Below, piece by piece: positions 1 through 8,831 of a stretch of DNA of 64,000 nt (positions within the stretch are counted from its first letter, which is position 1; each line of letters opens with the position of its first letter). The stretch covers positions 31,684 to 95,683 of the forward strand of contig JAFQYM010000030.1 in assembly GCA_017406465.1 (NCBI GenBank). The letters run 5' to 3'. The position numbers and the translations under genes were made by a program. Under the pieces are notes generated by a model. It made no database searches. It was not told where the DNA came from and saw only the letters and a list, made by a program, of their open reading frames with translations. The stretch is from Kiritimatiellia bacterium. Its GTDB lineage: Bacteria > Verrucomicrobiota > Kiritimatiellia > RFP12 > UBA1067.

Positions 1-1
1 C

Positions 2-1153
2 GACGCCACTCCTGTCGCGAGGGAGAAGCCGTTCCTCTTTTTCGAGGATGGCGCGTTCAAGGTGTTCGTGCCGGCGATTCGCCGCGGAGCGAAGGGCGTA
101 AGCTGGGGCGAAGGACGCGCCAACGGCGGCATGGGCGAGGGGAAGATACTCGACCTCGCGCGCGACTTCCATGTGGCGAAGGAAGGCAAGGACACGGCGA
201 AGACGATAAACGCCGCGCTTGCCGCAGGAAAGAACGTCCTCTTCACTCCTGGCATCTACCGCGTCGCCGAACCCATAAAGGTGGCGAAGCCAGGCACAAT
301 CGTCCTTGGCATTGGCGAGGCGACGATAGTCCCGGAGAGCGGCGATGCGGCGCTTAAATGCGCGGACGCTGACGGAATCGTGATCGCGGGGCTCATCTTC
401 GATGCGGAGCGTGCGTCGAAGCGCTTTGTCGTCGTTGGGGGGAAGAAGTCCGAACGGCGTCATGTCGACGATCCGATCTTCCTCGTCGATCTCGTCTACC
501 GCGTAGGCGGGACTGGCAAACCCGGCAAGACGGATGTCTGCCTCGAGGTCAATGCGAACGACGTCGTCGTTGACCACACGTGGATATGGCGCGCCGATCA
601 CGGAGACCACACCGGCTGGACGGCCAACACGTCGAAAAACGGGATTGTCGTGAACGGCGACGGCGTGTCATGCTATGGGCTTTTCGTCGAGCACTTCCAG
701 GAGCATGACGTCCTCTGGAACGGCGAGGACGGCAAAGTTTTCTTCCTGCAGAACGAGAAATGCTACGATCCGCCGGGCAATGCGACGTGGATGTCGCACG
801 GTGGGAAGAAGAAGGGATATGCGGCCTACAAGGTCTCGGACGGAGTGAAGCGCCACTATGCCGTGGGCTTAGGTGTCTACGACGTTTTCATCAACACTAA
901 CGGGAACAGCGTCTTCCTCGACGATGCGGTCGAGGTTCCCGATTCGCCCGGCGTCGTGATCGAGAACGCCTGCACCGTAGAGATCGCGAACGGAGACGGG
1001 CCGCTCGTCGGCATCAACGCAATCGTCAACGGCCAGGGCCACGCCATCAAGACCGGGAAGGGCTCTGGCGGCGGCTATGCCATCCAGCGCGTCTACCGCT
1101 ACTCTGACGGCAAGGCCGACGTTGCGCCGAACTACTACAAGAAGCGTCGTTGA
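2..1153 (+). CDS. GH55-family exo-beta-1,3-glucanase-like protein, 5' truncated by the window edge
   Basis: Frame is open from base 2 (DATPVAREKPFLFF...). Motifs NVLFTPGIY, DHTWIWRADHG and GLFVEHFQEHDVLWNGE match bacterial GH55 beta-helix enzymes. Confidence 0.8.
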   Translation, partial: DATPVAREKPFLFFEDGAFKVFVPAIRRGAKGVSWGEGRANGGMGEGKILDLARDFHVAKEGKDTAKTINAALAAGKNVLFTPGIYRVAEPIKVAKPGTIVLGIGEATIVPESGDAALKCADADGIVIAGLIFDAERASKRFVVVGGKKSERRHVDDPIFLVDLVYRVGGTGKPGKTDVCLEVNANDVVVDHTWIWRADHGDHTGWTANTSKNGIVVNGDGVSCYGLFVEHFQEHDVLWNGEDGKVFFLQNEKCYDPPGNATWMSHGGKKKGYAAYKVSDGVKRHYAVGLGVYDVFINTNGNSVFLDDAVEVPDSPGVVIENACTVEIANGDGPLVGINAIVNGQGHAIKTGKGSGGGYAIQRVYRYSDGKADVAPNYYKKRR

Positions 1154-1184
1154 ACAGGTGGGCGGCATCTGCTTGCCGCCCTGT
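1154..1184 (+). terminator. GC-rich hairpin after the GH55 stop; possible terminator or REP-like element
   Basis: GGGCGGCA (1160-1167) pairs with TGCCGCCC (1174-1181). No clear U tract. Confidence 0.35.
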
Positions 1185-1205
1185 GGCGCCGGCCTCGCAA
1201 AAAAG

Positions 1206-1214
1206 TGATATAAT
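1206..1214 (+). promoter_or_regulatory. Extended -10 promoter element for the GH3 gene
   Basis: TGATATAAT 21 nt upstream of ATG 1236; SD-like AAGGA in between. Confidence 0.65.
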
Positions 1215-1235
1215 CTACAGCGAAAGGATAGACAG

Positions 1236-3827
1236 ATGAAAATTGAAGTTCTTGTTTGTGCGATATCTCTCGCCGCAGTGGTGTTTGCGGACACCGTCTC
1301 AGACGATGCGGCGCTTGACGAGGCGAGGAAGATTCTTGCCACTCTCACGATAGAGGAGAAGGCGATGCTGACAGGCGGGAGCGGCACGATGTCGATGGCC
1401 GTTCCGAAGTGCGACCGCGAATGGATATTCTCCGATTCTTCGCACACTGTCCGCACGGACATGGAGCGCTGGACGTGGGACTACACGCGCAAGAGATATC
1501 CGGCGACCGTCCTTCCGACGCTCTCCGCGCTCGCGGCGACTTGGAACCGCGACCTTGCCGCCGCTTTCGGCCATGTCATCGGCGAAGAGGCGCGTGCGCG
1601 CGGCAAAGACCAGATGCTCGGGCCCGGCGTCAACATCATGCGTGATCCGCGCTGTGGCCGCAACTGGGAATACCTCACCGAGGACCCGTGCCTCGCGGCA
1701 AAGCTGATCGTTCCCGAGATCAGGGCGATCCAGAGCCACGGCGTCGCCGCGACCGTCAAGCATTTCTGCCTCAACAACCAGGAACTCGACCGAAACAACG
1801 TCGACACCATCTGCGACGAACGGACGCTGAACGAAATCTATCTCCCCGCCTTCGAGGCCGCCGTCGTGGACGCCGGCGCCTGGTGCGTGATGACGGCGTA
1901 CAACAAGGTGGACGGCGACTGGTGCAGCGAGAACGCTTTTCTCCAGCGCGGCATCCTGCGCGACCGCTGGCATTTCCCGGGAATGATCGTCACGGACTGG
2001 GGCGGGGCGCACACGACCGTGAAGAGCGCGTTGAACGGCGGAGGCGTCGAGATGAACCGCGGCCAGGACATCCGCTACTTCACGAACCCCAAGGCCAAGA
2101 CGTACCCACTTGCCGACGCGGTGCGCAAGGGCGAGGTGCCGGAGGCGGTGCTTGACGAAATGGCGCTGCATACGCTGTGGACGATGGCGAAGACGAAGTT
2201 CTTCAGTCCGGAGGAGCGCGAGAAGGGAAGCTGCAACACGCCGGAGCACCAGAAGACAGCTCGCGAGATCGGCGAAGAGGCGATTGTCCTCCTCAAGAAC
2301 GACAATGGCGTGCTGCCGCTCGATCCAAACAAGACAGCGAAGATCGTCGTCGTCGGGAAGCTTGCCGACACGCGCGCCACGCTGAAGGGCTGGAGCGCCG
2401 AGGGCAATCCACCCTACGAGATTACGCCGCTCGGCGGGCTCAAGGAGTATTTCGCGAAGGGGCGGGGCGTCGAGATCGTCCAGCTTCCACTTGTCGCCGC
2501 GGACAACGCGAACCGCGTGCATGACGTGATCGAGTCGTCGATAGGCACATTCGACACTTCCGCTAAGGACGCCGGGATGAGTGTCCGCGCGTGGGAAGTC
2601 TCCTATTTCGACAATACGAAGTCGACCGACGGCACGCCCGTCAAGACGGGCTTTGCGCGGCAGCCGGGTCTCGACATAGGCGAAGCGGCCCCCCTTGCGG
2701 GAATGAACGCCGCCAACTTCGCCGTCCGCTGGCATACGCGCCTCGCGGCGCCCGAGTCGGGCGACTACACGTTCTCCGTCGACATGGACCATCGTGGCGG
2801 AACGACGATTGTCCTCGACGGCGAAGTGCTTGGAAAGGCGAGCGAGTGCGACACCGTGACGGCGCAGAAGCGCCTCGAGGCGGGCAAAGTCTACGATTTC
2901 TCTGTTACGTACGAGGGCGATACCGGCGTGCACCGCATGAAGTTCGGCTGGCGCCTCCCAAGCGAATCCGGAAGTCTTGAGGATGTGCGCGAGGCGGCGA
3001 AGACAGCCGATGCCGTTCTCGTCTTCACCGGCACCGAAGTCGGCCACGGCCAGGCGCTTGAATGCGAGGGCGGCGACAGGCCTAACCTCAAGCTGCCCGA
3101 GGGACATGACGCGGCGATTGCTACGCTCCTCTCGTGGAACATTCCCAACCTCGTCGTCATCACGCACTCCGGCGCTCCGCTCGAGTTGCCGTGGGCGGAC
3201 GCCGCCGCGACGATCCTCCACCAGCCGTATCTCGGACAGGAAGCGGGAAGGGCGTTTGCCAGAGTTCTTTTCGGCGACGTTAACCCGTCGGGCCGCCTTC
3301 CCTGCACTTGGCCGCGCAAGCTTGCTGATACGCCTGTCGAACAGCGCGGCACATACACCGCGGCGCGCTCCGTGTACAACGAGGGCGTGTTCGTCGGCTA
3401 CCGCTGGTACGACGCGAAGGGCATAAAGCCCCTCTTTCCGTTCGGCTACGGCCTCTCGTATACGACGTTCGCGTATGACAAGGCCGAGGTCTCGGTGTTG
3501 GAGTGCGCGGACGGCCCCTCGGTGAAGGTGCACGTCGGAATCGCCAACACCGGCAAGAGGGCCGGCAAGGAGACGGTGCAGCTCTATGTCGCTCCAGTGA
3601 ACCCGAAGATCGTGCGCCCCGTCAAGGAGCTCAAGGATTTTGCCAAGGTCGCTCTCGCTCCCGGCGAGGCGGCGACGATCGAGTTTGAGCTCGGTCCCCG
3701 CGACTTCGCCTATTGGGATGTCGTGACGCACTCGTGGCGCGTCGACGCTGGCGAATACGAAATCATCGTCGGCAATCTGGTCTCCAGGATCCTCGTCAAG
3801 AACTCGGTTTACGTTCTAGACTGTTAG
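1236..3827 (+). CDS. GH3 beta-glucosidase with PA14 insertion and C-terminal Fn3-like domain; signal peptide
   Basis: GPGVNIMRDPRCGRNWEY, KHF, nucleophile motif VTDW, YNEGVFVGYRWY, PLFPFGYGLSYTTF; PA14-like segment NFAVRWHTRL...YTFSV. Confidence 0.92.
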   Translation: MKIEVLVCAISLAAVVFADTVSDDAALDEARKILATLTIEEKAMLTGGSGTMSMAVPKCDREWIFSDSSHTVRTDMERWTWDYTRKRYPATVLPTLSALAATWNRDLAAAFGHVIGEEARARGKDQMLGPGVNIMRDPRCGRNWEYLTEDPCLAAKLIVPEIRAIQSHGVAATVKHFCLNNQELDRNNVDTICDERTLNEIYLPAFEAAVVDAGAWCVMTAYNKVDGDWCSENAFLQRGILRDRWHFPGMIVTDWGGAHTTVKSALNGGGVEMNRGQDIRYFTNPKAKTYPLADAVRKGEVPEAVLDEMALHTLWTMAKTKFFSPEEREKGSCNTPEHQKTAREIGEEAIVLLKNDNGVLPLDPNKTAKIVVVGKLADTRATLKGWSAEGNPPYEITPLGGLKEYFAKGRGVEIVQLPLVAADNANRVHDVIESSIGTFDTSAKDAGMSVRAWEVSYFDNTKSTDGTPVKTGFARQPGLDIGEAAPLAGMNAANFAVRWHTRLAAPESGDYTFSVDMDHRGGTTIVLDGEVLGKASECDTVTAQKRLEAGKVYDFSVTYEGDTGVHRMKFGWRLPSESGSLEDVREAAKTADAVLVFTGTEVGHGQALECEGGDRPNLKLPEGHDAAIATLLSWNIPNLVVITHSGAPLELPWADAAATILHQPYLGQEAGRAFARVLFGDVNPSGRLPCTWPRKLADTPVEQRGTYTAARSVYNEGVFVGYRWYDAKGIKPLFPFGYGLSYTTFAYDKAEVSVLECADGPSVKVHVGIANTGKRAGKETVQLYVAPVNPKIVRPVKELKDFAKVALAPGEAATIEFELGPRDFAYWDVVTHSWRVDAGEYEIIVGNLVSRILVKNSVYVLDC

Positions 3828-3842
3828 CGGGCGGCGTCTTTT

Positions 3843-3851
3843 TGGTATAAT
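3843..3851 (+). promoter_or_regulatory. Extended -10 promoter element
   Basis: TGGTATAAT upstream of ATG 3882. Confidence 0.65.
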
Positions 3852-3881
3852 AACCCTTGTCAATCGAAAGAGGACGAGGGC

Positions 3882-4418
3882 ATGAAGAAACTCTGGCATT
3901 GTCTTGGCGCGCTCGCCATGTGCGTGGCGTTGCTGTCGGTGGACGGCTGCGGGCCGTTCTGGGTGAATCCCTATATCACGGTTGAGCAGAGCAATCTCAA
4001 CTGGATGGAGATTCATTACTACAACACGAACCGCAAGCCGATTCGTCGCGTGTCGCTGTCGCTTGCGGGTTCGGGGCATGTCGAGATCAAGAAGGGGACG
4101 AGCCCGCAGATATCCGACGACTTCGCGAAGAAGTATAAGGACGACGAGTGGGCCGACATCCATACGCAGCGCATGGACATCGATCCCAATCACATCAACG
4201 ACATCTTCCAGGATCTTGTTAACCGCGGCGTCCTCGACCGCGAGAAGTGGGGTAAGTCCGAGAAGAACAAGAAGGAATACAAGCGCTTCATAGCGGTTAA
4301 GGCGAACATCAACAACGTCACCTATTCCGAGAGAGACAATATTTTTGAGGTAGATCCCGACCTTGCCGAGTATCTCCTCGACACAATCAGGCAATTCGAG
4401 AGGCCCACGCGCAAATGA
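3882..4418 (+). CDS. Hypothetical protein, probable lipoprotein
   Basis: Signal peptide ending LLSVDGC (lipobox-like). Own promoter and SD; stop overlaps the proA start (ATGA). Confidence 0.7.
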   Translation: MKKLWHCLGALAMCVALLSVDGCGPFWVNPYITVEQSNLNWMEIHYYNTNRKPIRRVSLSLAGSGHVEIKKGTSPQISDDFAKKYKDDEWADIHTQRMDIDPNHINDIFQDLVNRGVLDREKWGKSEKNKKEYKRFIAVKANINNVTYSERDNIFEVDPDLAEYLLDTIRQFERPTRK

Positions 4419-5608
4419 ACGTACACGACACCATACTTGAAATGGCGACGAAGGCCCGTGCGGCCGCCGCCGGACTTGCGAAGAAGACGACAGACGAAAA
4501 AAACGCCGCGCTTCTCGCCATAGCGGATTCCCTTGAGAAGAACCGCGCGGCGATTGTCGCCGCGAACGACATCGACTTGGCGCATGCGAAGGAAGCGGGC
4601 ATCTCTCCCGCGATGCTCGACCGCCTTACCCTCACGCCCGCGCGCTTCGACGCGATGGTCGCCGGTGTCCGGCATGTCTCGACCTTGCCCGATCCCGTAG
4701 GCGAGACGATCTGGACGCGCAAGCGCCCGAGCGGGATAAATATCCGCAAGGTGCGCGTGCCGCTTGGCGTGATCGCGGTCGTCTTCGAGTCGCGCCCGAA
4801 CGTCTTCATCGACACGGCCGCGCTTTGCCTCAAGACTGGCAACGCCGTGATCTTGCGCGGCGGCAAGGAGGCGATAGAGTCGAACAAGGCGCTCGCCGCC
4901 GCCGTCCTCGAAGCTGGCGTAGGCGATGCCGTGCAACTTGTTGAGACGCTTGACCACTCGGCGGTAACCGAGCTCGTCCGCGCCGTCGGGCTTATCGACG
5001 TCGCGATTCCGCGCGGCGGAGAACGGCTCATCCGCGCTATGTGCGAGGCAGCGCTTGTTCCCGTCCTCAAGCATTACAAGGGCGTATGCCACATCTATGT
5101 CGACGACAAGGCCGATCTTTCGATGGCGCTCTCGATCCTCGACAACGCAAAGACCCAACGTCCTGGTGTCTGCAACGCCGCCGAGTGTCTTCTCGTCCAC
5201 GAGAAGCTTGCGCCGCTCTTTATGCCGATGGTGCAGGCATGGGCGAAGGACAAGGGTGTGACGCTCCACGAAAACGAGGCGGGAACGGAGTATCTTTCGC
5301 TCGACATCAACGTCGCGACGGTCGCCGACTACCGCGCCGCAATCGACTTCATCAATGCAAACTCCTCTCACCACTCCGACTGCATCGTGACGAACGACGA
5401 GGCGAGGGCTGCGGAGTTTCTGCGCGATGTCGATTCTGCTGCGGTCTATCACAATGTCTCTACGCGCTTCACCGACGGCGGCGAGTTCGGCATGGGTGCT
5501 GAGATCGGCATCTCGACCGACAAGCTCCACGCCCGTGGCCCGATGGGACTTGAGGAGCTCACGACCTACAAGTACACGGTAACCGGCGATGGAGTGATTA
5601 GGGGATAA
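4415..5608 (+). CDS. proA: Gamma-glutamyl phosphate reductase
   Basis: PLGVIAVVFESRPNV, ILRGGKEA, CNAAECLLVH, STRFTDGGEFGMGAEIGIST.KLHARGPMGL. Confidence 0.96.
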   Translation: MNVHDTILEMATKARAAAAGLAKKTTDEKNAALLAIADSLEKNRAAIVAANDIDLAHAKEAGISPAMLDRLTLTPARFDAMVAGVRHVSTLPDPVGETIWTRKRPSGINIRKVRVPLGVIAVVFESRPNVFIDTAALCLKTGNAVILRGGKEAIESNKALAAAVLEAGVGDAVQLVETLDHSAVTELVRAVGLIDVAIPRGGERLIRAMCEAALVPVLKHYKGVCHIYVDDKADLSMALSILDNAKTQRPGVCNAAECLLVHEKLAPLFMPMVQAWAKDKGVTLHENEAGTEYLSLDINVATVADYRAAIDFINANSSHHSDCIVTNDEARAAEFLRDVDSAAVYHNVSTRFTDGGEFGMGAEIGISTDKLHARGPMGLEELTTYKYTVTGDGVIRG

Positions 5609-5609
5609 T

Positions 5610-6287
5610 GTGAAAGTTGGCGACATACCAGAAGTCGACCGTGCGCTGAAGAAGGAATTCAAGGCGCATTCTGCGCCGATCATCGAACTTGTCGAGGCGC
5701 AGACTCACGATCCTTTCTGTGTCCTCGTCGGGACTATTCTCTCCGCCCGCACGAAGGACGCTTGTACCGCAGGTGCTGTGCGGCGGCTCTTCGCAAAGGC
5801 GAAGGGCGCTTGCTTCGCCCCGGAAGACCTTGAGCGGCTGACGGCAAAGGAAATAGAAAAGCTGATCTTCCCCGTCGGCTTCTACCACGACAAGGCAAGG
5901 CATTTGAAGGCGCTTCCGAAAGTTCTCAAGGAGAAATTCGGCGGTGTCCTGCCGAATACCGTCGAGGAACTTTGCGAGCTCCCCGGCGTCGGACGCAAGA
6001 CCGCGAACCTCACCGTCGCAGTCGGCTTTGACCTTCCCGCCATTTGCGTCGACGTCCATGTACACCGTATCTGCAATCGACTCAGGCTTATCAAGACAAA
6101 GACTCCGCTCGAGACGGAGATGACGCTTCGCAAGATCCTTCCTGTAAAATACTGGAAGACGTGGAACAGCCATCTCGTCTCGTTCGGGCAGACGCGCTGC
6201 GCGCCATTGCGCCCGAAGTGCGACGGCTGCCCGATAGCGCGCTTCTGCGGTGTTCCGAACGCGCAGGGCGGAAAGGCCGCGAAGTGA
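5610..6287 (+). CDS. nth: Endonuclease III
   Basis: HhH motif LPGVGRKTAN, VDVHVHRI, 4Fe-4S motif C-x6-C-x2-C-x5-C at the C-terminus; GTG start. Confidence 0.93.
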   Translation: MKVGDIPEVDRALKKEFKAHSAPIIELVEAQTHDPFCVLVGTILSARTKDACTAGAVRRLFAKAKGACFAPEDLERLTAKEIEKLIFPVGFYHDKARHLKALPKVLKEKFGGVLPNTVEELCELPGVGRKTANLTVAVGFDLPAICVDVHVHRICNRLRLIKTKTPLETEMTLRKILPVKYWKTWNSHLVSFGQTRCAPLRPKCDGCPIARFCGVPNAQGGKAAK

Positions 6288-6739
6288 AGCCGAGGGTTGC
6301 GATAGACGGCCGTCTTCCGAAGGCGTTCGGCCTTTCGCGGCAGGAGCTCAAACGCGCGGCCGAGAACTTCGTCGCCCGTTCGTTGGCTCGCAGCGGAATC
6401 CCGTTTCGCGAGGTCACGGTTATACTTCAGGACGACGCATCGTCCGCAGAGGTGCATCTCGCCGTCAACGGTGCAGAAGGACCTACAGACGCGATTACGC
6501 AGGGCTACGATCCGATGCCGGGCGAGGCGCCTGGCGTCTACGGCGAAGTCTATGTAAACTGCGACCGTGCGCTGAAGGCGGCGCCGAAACGCAGGGGGTG
6601 GTCGCCCGCGAAGGAGCTTCTTCTCTACATCGCCCACGGCATAGACCATCTTTCCGGCGCCGACGATTTTTCGTCTCGCGACTATGCGCGGATGCGCCGC
6701 CGTGAGCTTTCGTGGATCTCCGCACTCGATGGCATGTGA
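6284..6739 (+). CDS. ybeY: rRNA maturation RNase YbeY (variant metal motif)
   Basis: GTG at 6284 overlaps the nth stop. PTDAIT, GEVYVN, ELLLYIAHGIDHLSGADD, MRRRE. Confidence 0.8.
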   Translation: MKPRVAIDGRLPKAFGLSRQELKRAAENFVARSLARSGIPFREVTVILQDDASSAEVHLAVNGAEGPTDAITQGYDPMPGEAPGVYGEVYVNCDRALKAAPKRRGWSPAKELLLYIAHGIDHLSGADDFSSRDYARMRRRELSWISALDGM

Positions 6740-6740
6740 C

Positions 6741-8108
6741 ATGGATACGACATCGGGTATGGAGGCGGTGCGCGAAGTCGCGCAGATCGTGAAGGCGGCG
6801 GGTGGCCGCGCGCTTCTCGTCGGCGGCTGCGTTCGCGACTCCATTCTCGGCAGAGACCCAAAGGACTTTGACGTCGAGTGTTTTGGAATCGCGCCTGCCG
6901 ACCTCAAGGCCGCGCTCGCAAAGAAATTCGACCTCGATCTCGTTGGCGCGAGCTTTGGCGTCATAAAGCTCGCGCATCTCGACGTCGACGTGGCGATTCC
7001 GCGCCGCGAGACGAAGCTTGGCCTCGGGCATCGCGCGTTCGAGATGGAGTACGACCCGACGCTGACCGTCCGCGACGCGTCCGCAAGGCGCGACTTCACC
7101 GTCAACGCCATATACCGCGATCCGCTTACGGACGAAATCGTCGACCCGTGGAATGGACGCGCCGACCTCGAGAAGCGCATCCTCCGCCACGTCTCCGACC
7201 ATTTCTGCGAAGACCCGCTGCGCGTCCTCCGAGGAATGCAGTTCGTCGCCCGATTTGATCTTGATCCCGCTCCAGAGACGATCGAGGTCTGCCGCGCCAT
7301 GACGCCGGAGGGCCTTGCGAGCGAGCGTCTTTTCGGCGAGTGGTCGAAGCTTATCCTGAAGGGCGTCAAGATTTCCAAGGGTCTTGAGTTCCTTCGCGCC
7401 GTCGGCTGGACGAAGTACTATCCGGAACTCGAGCGCCTCATCGGCTGCAAGCAGGATCCAAAGTGGCATCCCGAGGGCGATGTGTGGAACCACACGCTCT
7501 GCTGCCTTGACGCGTTTGCCGCGTCTCGTATCGGCGACGATGCAGAGGATTTGCTTGTGGGGCTTGCCGTCCTCTGCCACGACTTTGGCAAGCCCGACTG
7601 CACCTTCTACGATCCAGTGAAGAAGCGCATCCGCTCGCTCGGCCACGACGAACGCGGTGTTGAGCCGACGCTGACGTTCCTGAAGCGTCTAACGAACGAA
7701 GAGCGACTTCTCAAGGAGATTCCTCCGCTTGTGCGGCTTCACATGCGGCCTTTCGCGATGTGGAAGGACAAGTCTTCGGATGGCGCGATAAGGCGCCTTG
7801 CTGCAAAAGTCGTTCGCATCGATCGGCTTCTGCGCGTCGCAGCGGCTGACGATGCTGGCAGGCCGCCTTTCCCGTCGGAACCAGAGCCGCTTAAATGGCT
7901 TGCAGAGCAGACGAAGCGCCTTGCCGTTGAGGATTCTGCGCCGAAGCCGATAGTGAGGGGGCGTGATTTGATTGCCCATGGCATAAAGCCGGGACCCGCG
8001 ATGGGCAAGATTCTCGCTGCGCTATACGACGCGCAGCTCGATGGCGCCTTTTCCGACCTTGACTCAGGATTGAAATACGCCAATCTCCAACTGACTCCTG
8101 GCCCCTAA
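6741..8108 (+). CDS. cca: CCA tRNA nucleotidyltransferase with HD domain
   Basis: VGGCVRD, KDFDVE, RRDFTVNAI, EDPLRVLR, HPEGDVWNHT and LCHDFGKP (HD). Start could also be 6729 or 6759. Confidence 0.88.
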   Translation: MDTTSGMEAVREVAQIVKAAGGRALLVGGCVRDSILGRDPKDFDVECFGIAPADLKAALAKKFDLDLVGASFGVIKLAHLDVDVAIPRRETKLGLGHRAFEMEYDPTLTVRDASARRDFTVNAIYRDPLTDEIVDPWNGRADLEKRILRHVSDHFCEDPLRVLRGMQFVARFDLDPAPETIEVCRAMTPEGLASERLFGEWSKLILKGVKISKGLEFLRAVGWTKYYPELERLIGCKQDPKWHPEGDVWNHTLCCLDAFAASRIGDDAEDLLVGLAVLCHDFGKPDCTFYDPVKKRIRSLGHDERGVEPTLTFLKRLTNEERLLKEIPPLVRLHMRPFAMWKDKSSDGAIRRLAAKVVRIDRLLRVAAADDAGRPPFPSEPEPLKWLAEQTKRLAVEDSAPKPIVRGRDLIAHGIKPGPAMGKILAALYDAQLDGAFSDLDSGLKYANLQLTPGP

Positions 8109-8125
8109 CCCCTGACCCCTGAAAA
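8091..8125 (+). repeat. Degenerate 7-nt tandem repeat spanning the cca stop
   Basis: ctgactc-ctggccc-ctaaccc-ctgaccc-ctgaaaa. Confidence 0.7.
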
Positions 8126-8127
8126 CC

Positions 8128-8820
8128 ATGCAGCGTCCAAAACCTTACATTTTATGGGATTGGAACGGAACGCTCCTCGATGATACCGAGGCGGCGCTTG
8201 CGACGCTCAACGAGATGATTACGGTGCGCGGCGGGCAGCCGATAGGGATGGAGTTCTATCGCGACCATTTTGCGTTTCCAGTGAGGCCTTTCTACGACAA
8301 GATAGGAATTGTCGCGCACGACGAGGATGAGTGGAACGGAATAGCGCACGAATACCATGAAGTGTACGGGCGGCAGCCGAAGAAACTCAACCCCCTCGCA
8401 GTCACCGCGCTTGAGATGGCGAAGGAGGCGGGGTGCCGCCAGTCGATAGTTTCTGCGCTCAGGCAGGATCTCCTCGACGCGCAGACGAAGGAGTACGGCA
8501 TCGACGGATACTTCAAGCGCATCTGCGGCTCAAACAACCTGCACGGCGCGTCGAAGGTCGTCCGCGCACGCGCATTTCTCGCCGAGCTGCGATCGCGCGA
8601 CGCGGAGGCGAAATTCGTCATGATAGGCGACGCGCTGCACGACAAGGAAGTAGCCGACGCCCTTGGAATAGACTGCATCCTCTGCGCACAGGGGAGCCAT
8701 GCCGCCTGGCGGCTTCGCGCCGTCGCGCCTACCGGCGATACGCTCGTAGACGCACTTAAACTCGCTTTGAACGCGCCTGTGAGTCCGCGCTTCGCCAGCG
8801 AGCGCGGCGTTTTGGTATAA
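8128..8820 (+). CDS. HAD-family hydrolase (phosphoglycolate phosphatase-like)
   Basis: Motif I WDWNGTLLD; motif IV MIGDALHDKEVA. Confidence 0.88.
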   Translation: MQRPKPYILWDWNGTLLDDTEAALATLNEMITVRGGQPIGMEFYRDHFAFPVRPFYDKIGIVAHDEDEWNGIAHEYHEVYGRQPKKLNPLAVTALEMAKEAGCRQSIVSALRQDLLDAQTKEYGIDGYFKRICGSNNLHGASKVVRARAFLAELRSRDAEAKFVMIGDALHDKEVADALGIDCILCAQGSHAAWRLRAVAPTGDTLVDALKLALNAPVSPRFASERGVLV

Positions 8821-8821
8821 T
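8813..8821 (+). promoter_or_regulatory. Extended -10 for argS, overlapping the upstream stop codon
   Basis: TGGTATAAT contains the TAA stop at 8818-8820. ATG follows 10 nt later with no SD. Confidence 0.65.
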
Positions 8822-8831
8822 ATCAAAACTT

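Noticed and set aside
1299-3731. Long antisense ORFs (e.g. 1299-3731, 4322-5683, 28013-29530, 50508-53456, 55160-57322)
   Set aside because: Shadows of real genes caused by high-GC codon bias; no motifs, SD or promoters, and they fully overlap well-supported genes.
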